Source: a virus. Taken from it: a stretch of DNA of 6,429 nt. This document shows positions 5,540 to 6,429 of this stretch, one piece after another (position 1 is the stretch's first letter; each line of letters opens with the position of its first letter). The notes beneath the pieces were generated by a model. It was given only the letters and a program-made list of their open reading frames with translations. It searched no databases and was not told the DNA's origin. Where the stretch lies: positions 1-6,429 of IMG/VR virus record IMGVR_UViG_3300013666_000001; one strand, 5' to 3'. The position numbers and the translations under genes are program-made.

Positions 5540-5747
5540 GTACTACATGGACCCAGCAACGGAGCGGCGCTGGCTTGATAACGCCCATGTCAGGGCGTGG
5601 AAGTCTTGGTGGTATTGGGAGGGGAAGCACTTCGACAATGGTCGCCGCCACCCCGATTGGCAGTTGGTCAGTCCGCCCGGTAACGCGCAATGCGCTGCTT
5701 TGAACGTCCCCATTCCCGCTGGAATCCTTGATCAGTCAAGGGCCTGA
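5532..5747 (+). CDS. Hypothetical Trp-rich 71-aa protein
   Basis: ATG at 5532 with AGGAGG (5520-5525) 6 nt upstream. It overlaps the upstream stop by 8 nt. MLEYYMDPATERRWLDNAHVRAWKSWWYWEGKHF... I recognise no family. Confidence 0.55.
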   Translation: MLEYYMDPATERRWLDNAHVRAWKSWWYWEGKHFDNGRRHPDWQLVSPPGNAQCAALNVPIPAGILDQSRA

Positions 5748-5751
5748 CCGG

Positions 5752-5769
5752 AAGCCGCAGCGGCTTTTT
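5752..5769 (+). terminator. Weak candidate rho-independent terminator
   Basis: AAGCC (5752-5756) pairs with GGCTT (5762-5766) around a 5-nt loop, followed by TTT. It lies directly after the stop at 5747. The stem is short. Confidence 0.35.
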
Positions 5770-5979
5770 CGCATCGCTCCACCGCGAAAAAACGAACGGG
5801 TGAGGATCAGGGGCGAAGCCTTCACCCTTGACCCTTCCTCCGTCCCTCCACTCTCCGCCTGGGGAGCAGGGGAGAGCTTTTCCCCCTGCACCCCTGGCCC
5901 TCGCCGAGAGACCCCCGGTAGGGCCGTCGGAGACGCTCTTGATCTTGCTTCTTGGCTCGCCGATCTGGAGCCGGATGGG

Positions 5980-6024
5980 GTGGGGGTGCTGTTACACCCC
6001 CACTTTACCGTGGTTTCCCACGGT
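5980..6024. other. Tandem perfect hairpins (candidate terminator of the minus-strand gene and/or ori or packaging structure)
   Basis: GTGGGGGTG (5980-5988) pairs with CACCCCCAC (5995-6003), 9 bp with a 6-nt loop. ACCGTGG (6007-6013) pairs with CCACGGT (6018-6024), 7 bp with a 4-nt loop. The second hairpin abuts the stop codon of the minus-strand ORF. Confidence 0.5.
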
Positions 6025-6233
6025 CACTCGTACTCAATGACTATCTCGCCCTCGCTTGTCAGCTGGGCGTAAGCCAATGATTTTTCAAGGATTTTGTGCA
6101 CAAGCTCGCTATCCCTGAGCGGTTGGCGCCCCTGCTTTATCAGTAACTTGTTGATTTCTATTGCTTTTTGCCTGAGCGCTTCCTGCTCGGATTGTGTCAG
6201 GCGCACGTTCGTTGGCATGTCGTTCCCATTCAT
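6024..6233 (-). CDS. Putative phage repressor, ribbon-helix-helix-like (69 aa), divergent from rep
   Basis: MNGNDMPTNVRLTQSEQEALRQKAIEINKL...RDSELVHKILEKSLAY shows a beta-strand (VRLT) followed by two helices, typical of Arc/CopG-type proteins. The minus strand has GAGGTGGATCA before the ATG. It is the only minus-strand gene, placed like rstR relative to rstA. Confidence 0.65.
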   Translation of the reverse strand: MNGNDMPTNVRLTQSEQEALRQKAIEINKLLIKQGRQPLRDSELVHKILEKSLAYAQLTSEGEIVIEYE

Positions 6234-6337
6234 TGATCCACCTCATCAAAATCATACGTGTGTGCATGTGACTCGTATTGACTTGTGCACGTTCGCACGT
6301 GTAGATTTTGAGCCATTGTTATTTGTGTGCATGCACA
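6234..6337. promoter_or_regulatory. Divergent promoter/operator region between the repressor and rep
   Basis: A 10-bp direct repeat TGTGTGCATG occurs at 6259-6268 and 6324-6333. TTGTGCAC is at 6283-6290. The 12-bp palindrome TGTGCATGCACA is at 6326-6337. GCACGT occurs twice (6288-6293 and 6295-6300). On the minus strand, TATGAT (complement of 6251-6256) is a possible -10 for the repressor. Confidence 0.55.
6278..6307 (+). promoter_or_regulatory. Candidate sigma70-type rep promoter
   Basis: TTGACT (6278-6283), an 18-nt spacer, then TAGATT (6302-6307), about 45 nt upstream of the rep ATG (6351 = 25). The spacer contains the GTGCAC/GCACGT motifs. Confidence 0.5.
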
Positions 6338-6429
6338 TGGAAGTCGCTTTATGTACTTCGTTGACTGGCTCACGGTGTCCCAAGAACACGCATTCGACCT
6401 TCCGGTCGTGTGCGATGTGATGACTATCA
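6327..6429. repeat. Terminal direct repeat, right copy (circular-genome overlap)
   Basis: Identical to 1-103. This implies a 6326-bp circular or tandem unit. Confidence 0.95.
6351..6429 (+). CDS. Rep N-terminus, duplicate partial copy truncated by the window end
   Basis: Same sequence as 25-103 (MYFVDWLTVSQEHAFDLPVVCDVMTI...). It is the same gene seen again because of the terminal redundancy. Confidence 0.9.
   Translation, partial: MYFVDWLTVSQEHAFDLPVVCDVMTI

Noticed and set aside
5825-5990. G-quadruplex potential in G/C runs of the non-coding block
   Set aside because: I could not find four suitably spaced runs of three or more G on either strand. Hairpins explain the sequence better.
5728-6072. 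+ strand ORFs 5728-6072 (114 aa) and 5828-6040 (70 aa) in the GC-rich block
   Set aside because: The 114-aa ORF starts at TTG and neither has an SD. Both are Pro/Gly/Ser-rich, cross multiple perfect hairpins and run into the convergent repressor gene. They are an open frame by GC bias.
6094-6420. 108-aa + strand ORF antisense to the repressor and crossing the promoter region into rep
   Set aside because: It is antisense to the better-supported RHH-like gene, spans the promoter/operator region, and is out of frame with rep.
1-6429. CRISPR arrays, tRNA/rRNA genes, IS elements or transposase genes
   Set aside because: I saw no regularly spaced repeat-spacer structure, no cloverleaf-like conserved tRNA motifs, and no transposase-sized ORF or terminal inverted repeats. 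The only long repeat is the 103-bp terminal redundancy.

Overview
The window is one complete, circularly permuted genome of a small filamentous phage (Inoviridae-like). The first 103 nt (1-103) are repeated exactly at 6327-6429, so the unit length is 6326 bp. Almost all genes are on the + strand, in the usual inovirus order. A rolling-circle Rep (25-1158) comes first. It is followed by three small ORFs chained to it by ATGA stop/start overlaps (1155-1584), then a gpV-sized putative ssDNA-binding protein (1597-1884) and a 62-aa membrane protein (1884-2072). Next is a 46-aa leaderless major coat protein that resembles the Pf3 coat (2076-2216), with a rho-independent terminator after it. Then come a 445-aa adsorption protein with a signal peptide and Thr-rich linkers (gpIII-like, 2301-3638), a gpVI-like membrane protein (3638-3919) and a Zot/gpI assembly NTPase (3916-4941). 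There is no secretin (gpIV) and no integrase. The last 1.4 kb is a control and integration region. It holds two inverted dif-like XerC/XerD sites that can fold into a forked hairpin in the + ssDNA, as in CTXphi attP (5042-5150). After that come four helically phased TGGTACCA palindromes (5154-5282) ahead of two small ORFs (5285-5747), then a GC-rich non-coding hairpin cluster (5748-6024). A divergently transcribed 69-aa ribbon-helix-helix-like repressor candidate (6024-6233, minus strand) faces the rep promoter/operator region. All functional calls rest on gene order, size, motifs and sequences recalled from memory. No database search was possible.
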